From a bacterium (GTDB taxonomy: Bacteria; Patescibacteriota; Patescibacteriia; JAACEG01; JAGUWE01), in the NCBI GenBank assembly GCA_043798995.1, contig JAZDOD010000004.1:1-45859 (forward strand): DNA of 45,859 nucleotides, in the 5' to 3' direction. The translations under genes and the position numbers were made by a program. The notes beneath the pieces were generated by a model. That model was not told where the DNA came from and ran no database searches. It saw only the letters and a program-made list of their open reading frames with translations. Below, in pieces: positions 1 to 9,229 of this stretch (positions are counted from its first letter, which is position 1; the number at the start of each line of letters is the position of its first letter).

Positions 1-168
1 GTTTTGCCGGCTTTCCTCTAATTTTTTAATTTTTTTTATTTCGCCGATTTCCAATCCTAAATCAGTTTTAACTATAACTTTATCAGCAATCTTAAAATTT
101 ATTTCCTCTTCAAAGCTAAAATCATAAGATTTATCCCAATCATAAAATTTTACTTCAGCTACTTTCAT
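1..168 (-). CDS. PSP1/YaaT(RicT)-like protein, N-terminal part (runs off the window)
   Basis: ATG at 168 gives MKVAEVKFYDWDKSYDF...DKVIVKTDLGLEIGEI, resembling the YaaT/PSP1 N-terminus (V.F......YYF...GD.VIVET..G.E.G). Confidence 0.65.
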   Translation of the reverse strand, partial: MKVAEVKFYDWDKSYDFSFEEEINFKIADKVIVKTDLGLEIGEIKKIKKLEESRQN

Positions 169-184
169 AATAAAATGACTATTA

Positions 185-892
185 TTAGCTGACCAAAGTG
201 CCGACTTTTTCTCCTTTGATAACTTTAGCCAAATTGCCCGGCTGAAATTTAAAAACCACCATCGGCAGCTGGTTGTCTAAACACAAACTAAAGGCCGTGC
301 TATCCATTACTTTGATTCTTTTAATCAATGCTTCGCGGAAAGAAATTTTATCAAATTTTTTTGCTTTTTTATCCTTGAGCGGATCGCCGGAATAAACACC
401 GTCAACTTTATCGGTCATTTTAAGCAGAACATCGGCCTTAATTTCCAAGGCCCTTAGTGAAGCAGCCGTGTCGGTGGTAAAATAAGGATTGCCGGAGCCG
501 GCAGCCATAATGACAATTCGGCCTTTTTCCAAATGCCTGATTGCCCGGCGCCGGATATATGGTTCGGCCACTTCCTGCATGGCAATAGCGGTTTGGACGC
601 GAGTCGGAATTTTTTCTTTTACCTCTAAAACCGATTGCAAAGCCAAAGCATTGAGCATGGTGGCAATCATCCCCATATAATCAGCCGTTGTTTTTTCCAG
701 TTCGTGATTTTTAACCATCCGGCCGCGGAAAATATTGCCGCCGCCAATAACAATGCCGATTTGGACTCCTAAGCGATGAAGAGAGGCAATCTCTTTGGCT
801 AAGCCGTGAATCGCGGTAAAATCAATGCCAAATTTTTTATTGCCCGCAAAAATTTCGCCGGATATTTTTAGCAAGACACGTTTATATTTCAT
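185..892 (-). CDS. pyrH: UMP kinase
   Basis: [31 protein letters not shown] motifs; downstream of tsf. Confidence 0.98.
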   Translation of the reverse strand: MKYKRVLLKISGEIFAGNKKFGIDFTAIHGLAKEIASLHRLGVQIGIVIGGGNIFRGRMVKNHELEKTTADYMGMIATMLNALALQSVLEVKEKIPTRVQTAIAMQEVAEPYIRRRAIRHLEKGRIVIMAAGSGNPYFTTDTAASLRALEIKADVLLKMTDKVDGVYSGDPLKDKKAKKFDKISFREALIKRIKVMDSTAFSLCLDNQLPMVVFKFQPGNLAKVIKGEKVGTLVS

Positions 893-965
893 AAACTTAC
901 AACTTATGACTTACAACTTACAACTATTTTGTTGTCAGTTGTCGGTTGCTAGTTGTTTAGTTGAT
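893..965. repeat. Heptamer tandem repeats with an inverted arm (ACTTACA)n...(AGTTGTC)n
   Basis: aacttac aacttatg acttaca acttaca act ... gttgtca gttgtcg gttgcta gttgttta gttg. Confidence 0.7.
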
Positions 966-972
966 TAAAATT

Positions 973-1548
973 TTACAAGCTATAGCGGACAAATCTTTTA
1001 ATAACGATATTTTCGCCGATTTTGGCGATTTTTCCCTTAAGAAGATCCTCAATTGTCAGTTTATCATCCTTAATATAAGTTTGCTTCAGCAGGCAAACGT
1101 CCTGGTAAAATTTATTTAATTTCCCCTTAATAATTTTATCAATGACATTGGCCGATTTTTTTTCTTTTTTAATTTGTTCAAGATAAATTTTTTTTTCTTT
1201 TTTAATTATTTGGGCAGGAATGTCTTTTTCGGAAAGATAAAGAGGATTCATGGCAACTACCTGCATAGCTAAATCATGAACAAACTCCCCAAATTCCGGA
1301 TTACGAGCGACAAAATCAGTTTCGCAATTGACCTCAACCAGAGCGGCGGTTTTGCCATTACCGTGGACATAAACGCCTATTAAGCCCTCGGCAACAGCGC
1401 GAGTTTGTTTTTTAGCCGCGATTTGCTGGCCCTTTTTTCGCAGGATTTCCAGAGCTTTTTCAAAATTGCCGCCGGCTTCTTCCAGCGCTTTTTTGCAATT
1501 AAGCATCCCGGCGCCGCTAAGTTCGCGTAATTTTTTTATTTCATCCAT
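973..1548 (-). CDS. tsf: Elongation factor Ts (short form)
   Basis: IKKLRELSGAGMLNCKKAL and EVNCETDFVA; start moved to ATG 1548. Confidence 0.97.
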   Translation of the reverse strand: MDEIKKLRELSGAGMLNCKKALEEAGGNFEKALEILRKKGQQIAAKKQTRAVAEGLIGVYVHGNGKTAALVEVNCETDFVARNPEFGEFVHDLAMQVVAMNPLYLSEKDIPAQIIKKEKKIYLEQIKKEKKSANVIDKIIKGKLNKFYQDVCLLKQTYIKDDKLTIEDLLKGKIAKIGENIVIKRFVRYSL

Positions 1549-1558
1549 ATGATTAAAT

Positions 1559-2362
1559 TTATTTTTTAGCTTCTTTTTCCTTGCCCGCCGTAGCTTTCTT
1601 GACCTCCATTTCTTTAGCAAGGGGGGTAGTAGCGAAGGATGGTTCTTTTTCTTTTTCTATTTTTTCATCTTTTTCTTTTTCTTGAGAAGCCTCTTTAATT
1701 GTTTCTGCTACTAAATTAACAATCAATTCAATACTTTTAATACCATCGTCATTGGCAGGAATGGGATAATCAATCAAATCGGGATTAGAATTCGTGTCGC
1801 AGATGGCGATAATCGGTACTTTTTTCCTGTTGGCTTCCTTAACAGCCGTATTTTCTTGTTTGGTGTCAATTATAAAAATGGCGTCAGGCAATTTTTTTAG
1901 ATTAGCCATACCGCCGACCATTTGTTCAAGACGTTCAATTTCCTTATCAAAAAGACTCTGCTCTTTTTTGGTATATTTAACCAGTTCACCACTCTCTTTT
2001 TTAGCTTTTAAGCTATTATATTTTTCAATCAACCTTTTAATCTGGCTAAAATTGGTTAAATTGCCGCCGATCCAGTGATTGATTGAATAAGGCATTTTGG
2101 CAGCTAAAGCGGCATTTTTGACAATTTCCTGGGCTTGGGGTTTAGTGCCTAAAAATAAAATTACTCCATTATTTTTTACGACTTTTTTGACAAAAGTCAG
2201 CGCTTCCTCTAATTTTTCACTGGTTTTTTCCAGATCAATAATATGGATGCCATTACGGACGGTAAAAATGTAAGATTTCATTTTGGGATGCCAGCGAGCG
2301 GTCTGGTGGCCAAAATGAAGACCGGCTTTGAGTAATTCTGACATTTCAGGAATTTGTGACAT
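1559..2362 (-). CDS. rpsB: 30S ribosomal protein S2
   Basis: LLKAGLHFGHQTARWHPKM, DTNSNPD, PANDD; start ATG 2362 after AAAGGAG. Confidence 0.98.
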   Translation of the reverse strand: MSQIPEMSELLKAGLHFGHQTARWHPKMKSYIFTVRNGIHIIDLEKTSEKLEEALTFVKKVVKNNGVILFLGTKPQAQEIVKNAALAAKMPYSINHWIGGNLTNFSQIKRLIEKYNSLKAKKESGELVKYTKKEQSLFDKEIERLEQMVGGMANLKKLPDAIFIIDTKQENTAVKEANRKKVPIIAICDTNSNPDLIDYPIPANDDGIKSIELIVNLVAETIKEASQEKEKDEKIEKEKEPSFATTPLAKEMEVKKATAGKEKEAKK

Positions 2363-2374
2363 AAAAAAAATTCT

Positions 2375-2468
2375 CCTTTCTACTTCTACCCCGTTCATCT
2401 TGCTTAGAATTCTTTATGTAGATTTTAACATAAGGGCAAGGACTAAGCAATCCCAAGGGTATGCGAGA
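2375..2468 (-). promoter_or_regulatory. Putative structured rpsB 5' leader (S2 autoregulation)
   Basis: Minus strand: GCATACCC..TTGCTTAG..TTATGT..ACATAA..CTAAGCAA..GGGGTAGAAG, nested stems just before the SD. Confidence 0.5.
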
Positions 2469-2541
2469 TTAAATAGTAAATTTTAATTATTGCCATTATA
2501 GCACAAATGAAAAATTTGTAAATCCCTTGAAAAAGATTAAT

Positions 2542-2572
2542 AAAAAAAGGCGGTAGATTTGTACCACCGCCT
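2542..2572 (-). terminator. Intrinsic terminator of the pyrE-ending operon
   Basis: AGGCGGT...ACCGCCT stem followed by a T-run on the minus strand. Confidence 0.7.
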
Positions 2573-2605
2573 GAAAAATTATTTTGATAATTTAATTGAT
2601 CTTTG

Positions 2606-2633
2606 GGTCGCTATAGCTTTAGCTAAGGCGACC
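2606..2633. repeat. Small palindromic element with a GCTAAAGC core
   Basis: Minus strand ggtcgc-ctt-agctaaagct-ata-gcgacc; related core in the rpsB C-terminal insert. Confidence 0.6.
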
Positions 2634-2654
2634 CTTTTTTTAGTTGGTTTGTGC

Positions 2655-3353
2655 CTAACTAATAATCTTACCTCCTCTTTCCAGCCAAACTCGGCCTTCT
2701 TCTGTTTTAAGCCAATCTTTTCCTTTGCCTATGTCTACTCGTAGCGGAATTAATTCTTTGCACAACGGACAATCGGAAGCTTTCCATGTTCGCATACCGG
2801 ATTCTCTCAGATAAGTTAAGGCCTTCAAAATAGGAATGTCCAGCTTTGCAGGTGTTACACTGCCCCTATTAGCAAAAACGACCGCGCCTATAACTTCACC
2901 GCCAGCTTTTTTAACAGCATCAATAGTTCTCTTTGCCGAGCCGCCGGTTGTTAGAATATCCTCTACAACCAAAACTTTTTTACCTTGTACATCTTTATCA
3001 AATCCACGAGAAAGCTGGTGAGATGATTTTTTATCAACTGGATTTTCCAGCTCGGTGTAAAGAGCCAAAACATCACGATTCTCTTGCTCGGCAAGATAGA
3101 GTGCAACATGCTGGGCAATCGCTATGGCTCCCATGGCCGGACCAACTACTGCCTCAACATTTTGGCCTAACCATGACACGGCCATATCTTGGTAAAGATC
3201 TTTTGCCTTACGAGGATTTTTTGTAGCATTATCTTTGGCAACGTAGCCATCGCTGTGATGCCAGCCATCCGCCTTGGGTGTCAGACAAACGTGGATATTA
3301 GTAAGAATAGCATTACAACTTCCTAAAATAACTTCGACTTCCTGTTCAGTCAT
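2655..3353 (-). CDS. pyrE: Orotate phosphoribosyltransferase
   Basis: GPAMGA, VVEDILTTGGS PRPP-binding loop, C-terminal CPLC; ATG 3353 after AAAGGAG; near pyrF. Confidence 0.88.
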   Translation of the reverse strand: MTEQEVEVILGSCNAILTNIHVCLTPKADGWHHSDGYVAKDNATKNPRKAKDLYQDMAVSWLGQNVEAVVGPAMGAIAIAQHVALYLAEQENRDVLALYTELENPVDKKSSHQLSRGFDKDVQGKKVLVVEDILTTGGSAKRTIDAVKKAGGEVIGAVVFANRGSVTPAKLDIPILKALTYLRESGMRTWKASDCPLCKELIPLRVDIGKGKDWLKTEEGRVWLERGGKIIS

Positions 3354-3449
3354 TCTATTAACATCTCCTTTCGCAAAAATTTCGCGGCGGAAAGGGCCCC
3401 ACACTATAACTTAAAGTGCGGGGTAAAGTTTTCCGATCCGCCACGGTTT

Positions 3450-3647
3450 TTAATTTTTTGTTCTTCTCATTCTCTTCTGGATATTTCCGATAAATTCAAC
3501 TGCCTCTTCTACTGTAAGCGTACCAGCAATTCTCGGCCCATCGGGCACAATTCTTATTTTAATCTCCTCGGTAATATCCCCATCTCTTATCAAAGCTTCC
3601 AGATATGAACCATCCGAATATTCAAAGTATGCTTTTTCTTCCATCAT
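3450..3647 (-). CDS. Hypothetical small protein
   Basis: 65-aa ORF with SD AAAGGAG between pyrF and pyrE. Confidence 0.65.
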   Translation of the reverse strand: MMEEKAYFEYSDGSYLEALIRDGDITEEIKIRIVPDGPRIAGTLTVEEAVEFIGNIQKRMRRTKN

Positions 3648-3732
3648 CTGTCTCCTTTAGTTGCTTTGCAGATTTTTGTACGTATATCTATTATTCTCCA
3701 CGATCCATTTTATAGACAAACCGTGGTTTTTT

Positions 3733-4866
3733 CTACGCCTGGACTGTAGAAACATTGTTAAATGGGTAAACAATTCCGGCATCAGCCACTTCCGGAAGAT
3801 TGTATGCCTCTTCTTCCTTCTCGCGAAATATTTGGACGCTTTTCATAAGATCCGTTTCAAGATTTTCAATTTTTCCGCTACCACCGTAATTCTCAAAATG
3901 CGGATAATTGGACGCACGGGATAGAGAAAACATTGCGCCTAAACCATTCCATTTTCCACTCTTTATGAGTTCAAGCATAACATAGTTGAACTTGCCACCT
4001 TGAGCTCTAAATCCAGGAACAAGAAGAGTAGTTGTTGGAAAAGCGGCGCGAATGCTACCGTCGCAGGGATGTGTTGAGCCAACAACCAGTCCGAGTGAAG
4101 ATAATCCATCGTGTTCAAGATCGAACTCATTGCTCCAAGCATACGAGTCTGCCACATGGCACATCTGCAAAGTTAGTCCTCTTTCTACGGTATGCAACTC
4201 CTGATAATCTGGTCCGGAAGGATTCGAAGTTTTATTAACTCCGATTAGCCCTTTTCCCTGCTGGAGAAGCTTCAGGCCAAGCAGAGGATTTTTCTTTTTA
4301 TCCTGCAGCGCCATAACATCTTTTCCCATCCACGGAGAAACGTTAATAATGTCGAAGTCGTAAGGGGCATAATCTATACCCCATTGCTCCAGAAGATTTC
4401 CCATAAGTCCCAGGAAATATGCGGCTTGGGTCGTCTCAATATCTCCCCGTTTGCAATCCAGACAGCAAATTATGCGACCTTTTTCCCGCTCATGTTTTCT
4501 TATGTGATATCTCAATCTTGCTAACAGGAAATCGCCAGCAGGGCCAAACTGTTCATAAAAGGCATATTGTGGCTTGAACACTCTGATATTGCATTTGTCA
4601 AGAAAGATATTTATGTTGTTTCGTAAGTAACCCTCGACTCCAGATAGAACAACAGACATTTTTCTGGCTTCCTCTTTCTCTATACCGGGCAGCATACCGG
4701 TTAAGTGTTCGTAATATAGTTGAGTTTCTATATCGCCGAATTTGGAATATATTTCCGCATTTTTCTCCGGCCCAAAAGGATGCGGATCAAGTCCTGCACA
4801 GTAAAGAGTCTTTTGAGCCAATTGGACTTCCGCTAATTGTACAAAATTGTGCTTTATTTCCATCAC
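3733..4866 (-). CDS. pyrF: Orotidine-5'-phosphate decarboxylase (long, GLDP-type subfamily)
   Basis: CAGLDP, FKPQYAFYE, catalytic DCKRGDIETT, KTSNP, LVVGST, LVPGFRAQGG. Confidence 0.92.
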   Translation of the reverse strand: MMEIKHNFVQLAEVQLAQKTLYCAGLDPHPFGPEKNAEIYSKFGDIETQLYYEHLTGMLPGIEKEEARKMSVVLSGVEGYLRNNINIFLDKCNIRVFKPQYAFYEQFGPAGDFLLARLRYHIRKHEREKGRIICCLDCKRGDIETTQAAYFLGLMGNLLEQWGIDYAPYDFDIINVSPWMGKDVMALQDKKKNPLLGLKLLQQGKGLIGVNKTSNPSGPDYQELHTVERGLTLQMCHVADSYAWSNEFDLEHDGLSSLGLVVGSTHPCDGSIRAAFPTTTLLVPGFRAQGGKFNYVMLELIKSGKWNGLGAMFSLSRASNYPHFENYGGSGKIENLETDLMKSVQIFREKEEEAYNLPEVADAGIVYPFNNVSTVQA

Positions 4867-4875
4867 TTCCTCCTT

Positions 4876-5040
4876 TCACTGACTTTTTTTCTTATGCTGG
4901 CAAGCGATTTTGCAGATACTTGCCTTATCGCATCCATCCGAACGATGAATTGTAACTTTTAATACTCCTCCTCCCCTTCTTGAATCCTTTTGCCCTTTTG
5001 GACAATCTGTAAGTTCATACTCGCTTCGCGGTCCTGACAC
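4876..5040 (-). CDS. Small Cys-containing hypothetical protein (54 aa; not in the ORF track)
   Basis: AAGGAGGTG SD, GTG at 5040: MSGPRSEYELTDCPKGQKDSRRGGGVLKVTIHRSDGCDKASICKIACQHKKKSQ*; stop just before the pyrF SD. Confidence 0.6.
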   Translation of the reverse strand: MSGPRSEYELTDCPKGQKDSRRGGGVLKVTIHRSDGCDKASICKIACQHKKKSQ

Positions 5041-5069
5041 TTTCTTCACCTCCTTAATAAAACAATTAC

Positions 5070-5378
5070 TTAATCAAAAACACCTGAACTTCCATGGATT
5101 TTATAATACGGGCTTTCATTAACAATGCACCACAAACTATAATATAGACATTCATCTTTGTATTTCTCATCTGTCAATACACGGGATCCCCTTTCTCTAA
5201 ATATGTTAAGCGCTTCATACCAATTGGCTTTGGAATTAGGATTGCCTGTAATTTCCCAAATCTTATAAGCCAGTTTTTCCACTGAAGATTCTGGAACAAT
5301 TTCCACAATTGCTTCAACAAAAGTTCCTTTTTCAATATCTCCCGGTCTCAAATTTGCCATTATTTCTGTTCTATTCAT
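5070..5378 (-). CDS. Hypothetical protein with a DUF2934-like motif
   Basis: KLAYKIWEITGNPNSKANWYEA resembles the AY..WE..G.P....W..A signature; GGAGGTG SD. Confidence 0.6.
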   Translation of the reverse strand: MNRTEIMANLRPGDIEKGTFVEAIVEIVPESSVEKLAYKIWEITGNPNSKANWYEALNIFRERGSRVLTDEKYKDECLYYSLWCIVNESPYYKIHGSSGVFD

Positions 5379-5571
5379 CCTTCACCTCCCTTTGATAATC
5401 TTTTAAAATCGGGCAAAGATCAGGTCCGCAAAATGAAACATTGCTGTCTCCTTTTGGCGGATTTAATCGGTTCAGGCAGACAGAGCCCTGAAAATCTATT
5501 ATCAGAAAATCCTCACAACCCGGATCAATAAGACCTTCTTCAGTTTGTTCAAAACAAGGCAATTTTATCAT
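5371..5571 (-). CDS. Small Cys-rich hypothetical protein
   Basis: AAGGAGG SD; 5 Cys including CGPDLCP; overlaps the next gene's start. Confidence 0.65.
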   Translation of the reverse strand: MIKLPCFEQTEEGLIDPGCEDFLIIDFQGSVCLNRLNPPKGDSNVSFCGPDLCPILKDYQREVKDE

Positions 5572-5627
5572 TGTTTTTCCTCCTTTTTAAAGGTTACTTT
5601 ATTTTTTTACCGCCCATAATTAGTTAG

Positions 5628-5693
5628 GTTGTCAAGGAACAAAAAAATTAAAAGAGTTTAAAAAACATTACAAGTTATTGAGATTTAAGTCAA
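5628..5693 (-). promoter_or_regulatory. Sigma70 promoter plus boxA-like motif
   Basis: TTGACT(5693-5688)-17-TAATGT(5670-5665); GTTCCTTGACAAC at 5640-5628. Confidence 0.6.
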
Positions 5694-5790
5694 GGGGTCG
5701 TCAAAAATCAGCTCTCCGGCTCTTGCCAAAAATATAAAGTTATGCTATTATTATAATTGTTTAAATTAAATTAATTATTTGGTTATTTTT

Positions 5791-6069
5791 ATGAAAAAAG
5801 ATATCCACCCAACTTACTACAAAGAGGCGGAAATTACTTGCGCCTGTGGCAATAAATTTGTTACCGGCTCAACTCAGCCTAAGGTTCATATTGAAATTTG
5901 TTCGGCCTGCCATCCGTTTTTTACCGGCAAACAGAAATTAATTGACACGGCTCGAAGGGTTGATAAATTTCAAAAACGATTGGAAAAACAAGCAGAACTG
6001 GCTAAAGTTAAAATTGGCCGAAAGGCAAAAAAGGTTCGTCAAGTCAAGGCCAAAAAACAAGCTCAATAA
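5791..6069 (+). CDS. rpmE: 50S ribosomal protein L31
   Basis: [23 protein letters not shown]. Confidence 0.98.
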   Translation: MKKDIHPTYYKEAEITCACGNKFVTGSTQPKVHIEICSACHPFFTGKQKLIDTARRVDKFQKRLEKQAELAKVKIGRKAKKVRQVKAKKQAQ

Positions 6070-6144
6070 CACTTTTACCCTGCGACGATTTGCTTTTTTA
6101 TTTTTTAAAAAGGCAAAATTCCAAGCAGGGTTTTTATATATTTT

Positions 6145-7182
6145 ATGATAAAAGAAATTCAAAATATCAAAAAAGATTATCAAAAATTAAAAAATCAGCT
6201 GGAAGACCCTGCTATTTTTAGTGATGCGCAAAAACTTAAGGAAATAACCCGCCAGTTTAATGAAGTTAAGGAAAAATATGAAATTTTAGAAAAATTGGAA
6301 AAAGTAGAAGGGGCAATTAAAGAGACAGAATTAACTTTACGAAACGAGCCGGAATTAAAATTATTGGCCGAGGAAGAGCTGAAAAATCTTATTAATGAAA
6401 AAGATAATTTAGAAACAAAATTTTCAGAATTGCTTTTACCCCAGGATCCTTTGGATAAAAAAAATGCGATTTTGGAAATCCGAGCCGGCACCGGCGGAGA
6501 AGAATCGGCTTTGTTTGCGGCTAATCTTTTCCGAATGTACAGCCGCTATGCCGAAAGAAAAGGCTGGCAAGCCAAACTTATTAATAAAAGCCAAACGGCT
6601 TTAGGCGGTTTTAAAGAAGTGATTTTTGAAATTAAAGGCGATAAAGTATATAAGGATTTAAAATACGAAGCCGGTACCCACCGGGTTCAACGAATTCCGG
6701 AAACAGAAAAATCAGGCCGCGTTCACACCTCGGCAGCGACCGTGGCGGTTCTGCCGGAAGCCGAAGAAATTGACATTAAAATTGAAACTAAAGATTTGCG
6801 GATTGATACTTTTTGCGCTTCGGGGCATGGCGGACAAAGCGTTAACACCACTCATTCGGCAGTACGCATCACTTACCTACCGACAAATCTCATTGTCAGC
6901 TGCCAGGACGAGAGAAGCCAGCTACAAAATAAAGAACGCGCCATGCAAATCTTACGCGCCCGCCTTTTTGAGCAAAAATTGGAAAAAAGACAATCTGAAG
7001 AGAAACAAAAAAGAAAATTAATGGTTGGCAGCGGAGACCGCAGCGAAAAAATCCGCACTTATAATTTTCCGCAGGATAGGGTGACTGATCATCGCCTTAA
7101 AAAATCTTGGCATGCCATTGATAGAATCATGGACGGAGAAATCGAAGAAATTATTGAGTCATTAAAACAAGCCGACAAATAA
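6145..7182 (+). CDS. prfA: Peptide chain release factor 1
   Basis: PET tripeptide (RIPETE), GGQ motif, RTYNFPQDR; next to prmC. Confidence 0.98.
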   Translation: MIKEIQNIKKDYQKLKNQLEDPAIFSDAQKLKEITRQFNEVKEKYEILEKLEKVEGAIKETELTLRNEPELKLLAEEELKNLINEKDNLETKFSELLLPQDPLDKKNAILEIRAGTGGEESALFAANLFRMYSRYAERKGWQAKLINKSQTALGGFKEVIFEIKGDKVYKDLKYEAGTHRVQRIPETEKSGRVHTSAATVAVLPEAEEIDIKIETKDLRIDTFCASGHGGQSVNTTHSAVRITYLPTNLIVSCQDERSQLQNKERAMQILRARLFEQKLEKRQSEEKQKRKLMVGSGDRSEKIRTYNFPQDRVTDHRLKKSWHAIDRIMDGEIEEIIESLKQADK

Positions 7183-7183
7183 A

Positions 7184-8158
7184 ATGTTAAACCAACCAAC
7201 AATTAAAGAAACGCTTTTGCGGACAATCAGAAGTTTAAAAACTAAAAACATACTCTCAGCCCAACTTGACGCCGAAATATTATTAGCTCATCTTTTAAAA
7301 AAATCTAAGGAACTTCTATACACTTATCCGGAAAAAGGATTAACTGCAACTCAATCTAATAAATATCAAACTTTGATAAGAAGAAGGTTAAATTCAGAAC
7401 CAGTCGCTTATCTTATTGGTTATAAGGAATTTTATGGTCTAAATTTCCGCGTTAATAAAAATGTTTTAATCCCCAGAGCTGAAACCGAACTAATAGTGGA
7501 ACTTGTAACTTGTAACTTAAAAAAACATGAAACGCAAGAAAAGAGTAAAAAAATAATTGTTGACATTGGCACGGGTTCAGGAAATATTATTATTTCAATA
7601 GCTAAGTCGCTCAAAAATTATGATTTAGGATTGAAGAATTATGAATTTTATGGAATTGATAACTCTAAAGCCGCCTTGTCTATTGCCAGAAAAAATGCCG
7701 AACTTCACGGCGTTGGCAAAAAAATAAAATTCCGTAAAGGGAATTTATTAAATCCGTTAATTAAAAATTTTACGCCAAAGGCGGATCAGCCTCGGGCTGA
7801 AAAAATTAAAAATTCGTTAATTATAACTGCCAACCTTCCTTATTTAACACGCCGACAATATCAACAAAATAAAGAACTTCATTTTGAACCAAAAAAGGCG
7901 CTTGTCGGCGGCAAAGATGGCCTGGAATATATTGAAAGATTATTTCAACAAATTAAAAAGTTATTAGTAGTTAGCTATCTCCCTTCGGGAGATCTCCCGC
8001 AGGGAGATAAGTTGTCAGTTTCAGTTTTTATTGAAATTGACCCCGCGCAAACTAAAAAAATAAAAACAATAATAAAAAAATATTTTCCGCCAAGTAAATT
8101 ACAAATAAAAAAAGACCTCTGCGGTCGCAATAGATTAGTAATACTTAATTTTAATTAA
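7184..8158 (+). CDS. prmC: Release factor glutamine methyltransferase (HemK), with in-frame repeat inserts
   Basis: EPVAYLIG, VLIPRAETE, DIGTGSG, NLPY, EP..AL.GG.DGL. Confidence 0.95.
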   Translation: MLNQPTIKETLLRTIRSLKTKNILSAQLDAEILLAHLLKKSKELLYTYPEKGLTATQSNKYQTLIRRRLNSEPVAYLIGYKEFYGLNFRVNKNVLIPRAETELIVELVTCNLKKHETQEKSKKIIVDIGTGSGNIIISIAKSLKNYDLGLKNYEFYGIDNSKAALSIARKNAELHGVGKKIKFRKGNLLNPLIKNFTPKADQPRAEKIKNSLIITANLPYLTRRQYQQNKELHFEPKKALVGGKDGLEYIERLFQQIKKLLVVSYLPSGDLPQGDKLSVSVFIEIDPAQTKKIKTIIKKYFPPSKLQIKKDLCGRNRLVILNFN

Positions 8159-8166
8159 GGAAGTAA

Positions 8167-9216
8167 TTATTTATATCCAATTAAAGTATCGGCCGAAACG
8201 ATTTCAATCCAAGTTATGCCGCGGTTTAATTCAATTTCATTTGAATTGACATCTAAAAAGATGGTTCTTTCTTTCCGGTTGCTTCTTTTCCAAAAACCTG
8301 TTTTTGCCTGGCCGTCCATGAAAAAAAGCGCCTTGCCCTGCCCAATGGTAGTAATATCGCGCCGGCCGACCTCGTCAATAACCTTAACAATCGCGTATTG
8401 AATAATAATATTTCTACTTCTGACTTCCTCACCGCTATCGGTTAAATATTTTTCATTTGCCTGAAAGCGAAGATAGTCATTTTTTTCTTGATCATAGCGC
8501 CAATTGACCTTGTAAAGAGGCGTTGAAAAATTAATTTCAATGTCCTGAGAATTAGGCCGCAAATTTTTTTCTAAATCTTCTTTGTAGCGCCAATTATCGT
8601 AATTTGGCGTTTTGTCTTTAATTAAATCTTCTTTTGCTCCCTTAAGCAAAGCTGAGGAAGTATAAACGTTATGAGGAGCTGTTCTATTAGCGCTTCGCCA
8701 GAAATATTGACTTTGAAAATATTGGTCTAAATCAATAACCCCTTCATTTTTAATTTTATTAAGCGCTTCAGGTGAACCGCCGACATGGGCTAAAATCGCG
8801 TCATATTCCTCGGCCCAATCAATAAAATAAGCCCTAGCCGAACGAACCGGGCCAATTTTATCAATAATTTCGTCGGTGGCATAAATGACTAAAAAACGAG
8901 TGATGCCGGCTTCGGCTGTTGTTTCATAAATTAAATTTGCTTTATTAATCCCGGCTAGCGGCCAGGCATCAGCGCTGTTTTCAATTACAACCGCAACCGG
9001 ATATAAATCCTGATAAGAAGACATTAAAAGCCCGTCAATTAAACGGGCTTTTTTTGGTTCAATATTTAAATTTTGATTGGCTAAAATTGAAGTATTGGTA
9101 ACCGGGGTTAATTTTTCTTGGGGTAAAAAATTTATAAAAAAGCAAAAAGCAACTCCGGCCAGAACTAACAAAATTATTAAAATCAGTAAAAAACTAACTT
9201 TCCCTTTCTTAGCCAT
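8167..9216 (-). CDS. DUF3048 (YerB-like) membrane-anchored protein
   Basis: N-terminal TM; PVAVVIEN, EAGITRF, IGPVRSAR, APHNVY. Confidence 0.85.
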   Translation of the reverse strand: MAKKGKVSFLLILIILLVLAGVAFCFFINFLPQEKLTPVTNTSILANQNLNIEPKKARLIDGLLMSSYQDLYPVAVVIENSADAWPLAGINKANLIYETTAEAGITRFLVIYATDEIIDKIGPVRSARAYFIDWAEEYDAILAHVGGSPEALNKIKNEGVIDLDQYFQSQYFWRSANRTAPHNVYTSSALLKGAKEDLIKDKTPNYDNWRYKEDLEKNLRPNSQDIEINFSTPLYKVNWRYDQEKNDYLRFQANEKYLTDSGEEVRSRNIIIQYAIVKVIDEVGRRDITTIGQGKALFFMDGQAKTGFWKRSNRKERTIFLDVNSNEIELNRGITWIEIVSADTLIGYK

Positions 9217-9229
9217 AAAATCAAGTTTC

